Origin: an uncultured delta proteobacterium | Lineage (GTDB): Bacteria > Myxococcota_A > Polyangia > Palsa-1104 | Length of the DNA stretch: 64,000 nucleotides | Direction of reading: 5' to 3' | NCBI GenBank assembly: GCA_963785725.1 | Contig: CAWAWS010000035.1 | Location: forward strand, 1-64,000 | Part shown: piece after piece, positions 62,447 to 64,000 of the stretch | How positions within the stretch are numbered: the stretch's first letter is position 1 | Layout: each line of letters opens with the position of its first letter | Made by a program: the position numbers and the translations under genes | The notes under the pieces: generated by a model | The model's database searches: none | What the model saw: the letters and a program-made list of their open reading frames with translations, nothing else | Told to the model about the DNA's origin: nothing

Positions 62447-64000
62447 TCACGGTCGTTCGCAAGCGGGCTGCGGCTCATCGACCAGGCGGCAGCCTTCGGG
62501 CGGCACGTCGACGTAGCGGGTCGCCAGCGCCTGACCGGCGCGGAAGAACGTGAGGCGACGGCGGCCGGGCGCGATCTCACGCCCGCCGGTCATGGGCGGG
62601 CCCTCGTCGACGGCGACGGCGTCGGCGTGCGTCAGCGACGGCGTCAAGCGCACCGGGCGGTACAGACGCTGCTTGAGATCGCGCGTCTCGCCCGCGGCCA
62701 AGTCGACGTCGGTGACGAGGCTGTTGTGCCCGGCGGCCGGGTTGACGCATTCGACGTGATGATGGCCCGCCGGCAACGACAGCGTCTGCGGCGTGCGACC
62801 GCGGGCGCTGCCGTCGACGCGCAGGTCGCACCACGGCGCCGTCTCCACTGTCAGCTTCGCCGCCGCATCGACGACCGCCGGATGCGTCGGTTCCGGCTCG
62901 GGCGCAGCTGTGACCTCGGGAGCCGCGGGCGGCGGCGTTTGTGGACTATCCGGCAACAGCTTGCGGTGGCGCGCGTCGACGCGCGGACGCGCATTGGCCG
63001 CGGCTGGACGCGCCGGCGCCGGCAACGGCGCCGCCGATTCGCCCGTCGGCGGCGGCGCGATGGCGACGATCGGCAGCGCGCGCCCGACCGCGGTGTCGGC
63101 GAGCGGCGATGGACCGATCGCGCTCGGTTGCGCCGGCCGCAAAGCGCGCATGCGCGCTTGAAATACCGCATAACCGGCGGCGGAGCTGGCGGCGGCCACG
63201 AGCGCGGCGACCACGACGAGCCGGCGGCGCGGCCGCGGTCGCGCCGAAACCGCCAGCGCCAGCGCGCCTTCGTCGTCGGGACGCCAAGCCAAGATGCGAT
63301 TGGCCGCCGCCAGCGCGCGCGCCGTCTCGCCCGCCGCGCGCGCGCGTTCGGCCTGCGTCCGCGCCGCCGCGACGATGCGCTCCTCGGCCGCGCGGTTGTA
63401 GCTGGCCGGATCGCGTAAATACGCGGTCAGCTCGGCGTCGACGTCGCCGAATCCGTCGGCGACGAGCCCTTCGCGCAGCGCGTTGGCGCAGGCGTCGGCC
63501 GAGGCGAAGCGCTCCTCGGGCGCCGCCTTCAGACAGCGCTCGATGACGCGCTCGACATAGGGCGGCACGCGCGGATTCTTCGCCGAGGGCGGCAGGTGAT
63601 CGCCGCGGACGATGCGCGCCATCGTCGCCAGCGGCGACGTGCCGACGAACGGCAGCGCGCCCGTCGTCAGCTGATAGAGGAGCGAGCCCAGCGAAAACTG
63701 ATCGGAGCGCACGTCGATCTCCGACGACGACGCCTGCTCGGGCGACATATAAGCGGGCGAGCCGAGCACGGCGCCCGTCGCCGTCATCGAGTCGGTCTCG
63801 AGCACGCGGGCGATGCCGAAGTCGCACAAGACGACGCGCTCGCGATCGAACATGACGTTCTCGGGCTTGACGTCGCGGTGGATGATGCCGCGCGCGTGCG
63901 CCGCCGCCAGCGCTTGCGCCACGCGCAGCCCGAGCATGGCCGCGATCTCCGCCAGCGGCGCGCCGTGCTCGACCAAGAAGCGCTGCAGCGACGGGCCGGT
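62447..64000 (-). CDS. Ser/Thr protein kinase, 5'-truncated by the window edge; TM plus PEGA-like domain
   Basis: HRDVKPEN, DFG, GSPAYMSPE, then PWCDLRVDG. Confidence 0.9.
   Translation of the reverse strand, partial: TGPSLQRFLVEHGAPLAEIAAMLGLRVAQALAAAHARGIIHRDVKPENVMFDRERVVLCDFGIARVLETDSMTATGAVLGSPAYMSPEQASSSEIDVRSDQFSLGSLLYQLTTGALPFVGTSPLATMARIVRGDHLPPSAKNPRVPPYVERVIERCLKAAPEERFASADACANALREGLVADGFGDVDAELTAYLRDPASYNRAAEERIVAAARTQAERARAAGETARALAAANRILAWRPDDEGALALAVSARPRPRRRLVVVAALVAAASSAAGYAVFQARMRALRPAQPSAIGPSPLADTAVGRALPIVAIAPPPTGESAAPLPAPARPAAANARPRVDARHRKLLPDSPQTPPPAAPEVTAAPEPEPTHPAVVDAAAKLTVETAPWCDLRVDGSARGRTPQTLSLPAGHHHVECVNPAAGHNSLVTDVDLAAGETRDLKQRLYRPVRLTPSLTHADAVAVDEGPPMTGGREIAPGRRRLTFFRAGQALATRYVDVPPEGCRLVDEPQPACERP

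Overview
High-GC chromosomal window, most likely from a member of Myxococcota. The evidence is five Hanks-type Ser/Thr kinases, an FHA-sigma54 activator, a DUF1552/DUF1592 pair, a TIGR04552-like gene and many Cys- or Pro-rich lipoproteins. Layout: (1) 1-4.4 kb, fatty-acid catabolic operon; (2) 4.5-22 kb, accessory region with three paralogous 10-Cys lipoproteins, then DUF1552/DUF1592, kinase, FHA-sigma54 activator and GH5 glucanase, plus a hybrid histidine kinase and small genes; (3) 22-34 kb, core region with tRNA-Glu, zapA-6S-ygfA-rny-ymdB, tyrS and a complete minus-strand rrn operon preceded by five tandem promoters; (4) 34-64 kb, kinase/LysM/TPR operons, hemB/cobA-hemD, PPIase, ABC1 kinase and thiolase. 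The most notable signal is a putative sigma54 regulon. The same 21-bp palindromic box lies about 110-120 bp upstream of -24/-12 promoters on both flanks of the kinase-activator cassette. Six sigma54-type promoters in the window have their start codon only 14-15 nt past the -12 GC, which implies near-leaderless mRNAs. Other signals are a 600-bp hairpin-rich gap beside the rrn terminator, two related MITE/REP-like elements, a circularly permuted domain insert and 16S mismatches to EUB338/341F. Several genes carry single-base insertions that look like sequencing errors. No CRISPR array, integrase or transposase was seen. All family calls come from motif recognition, not database searches.
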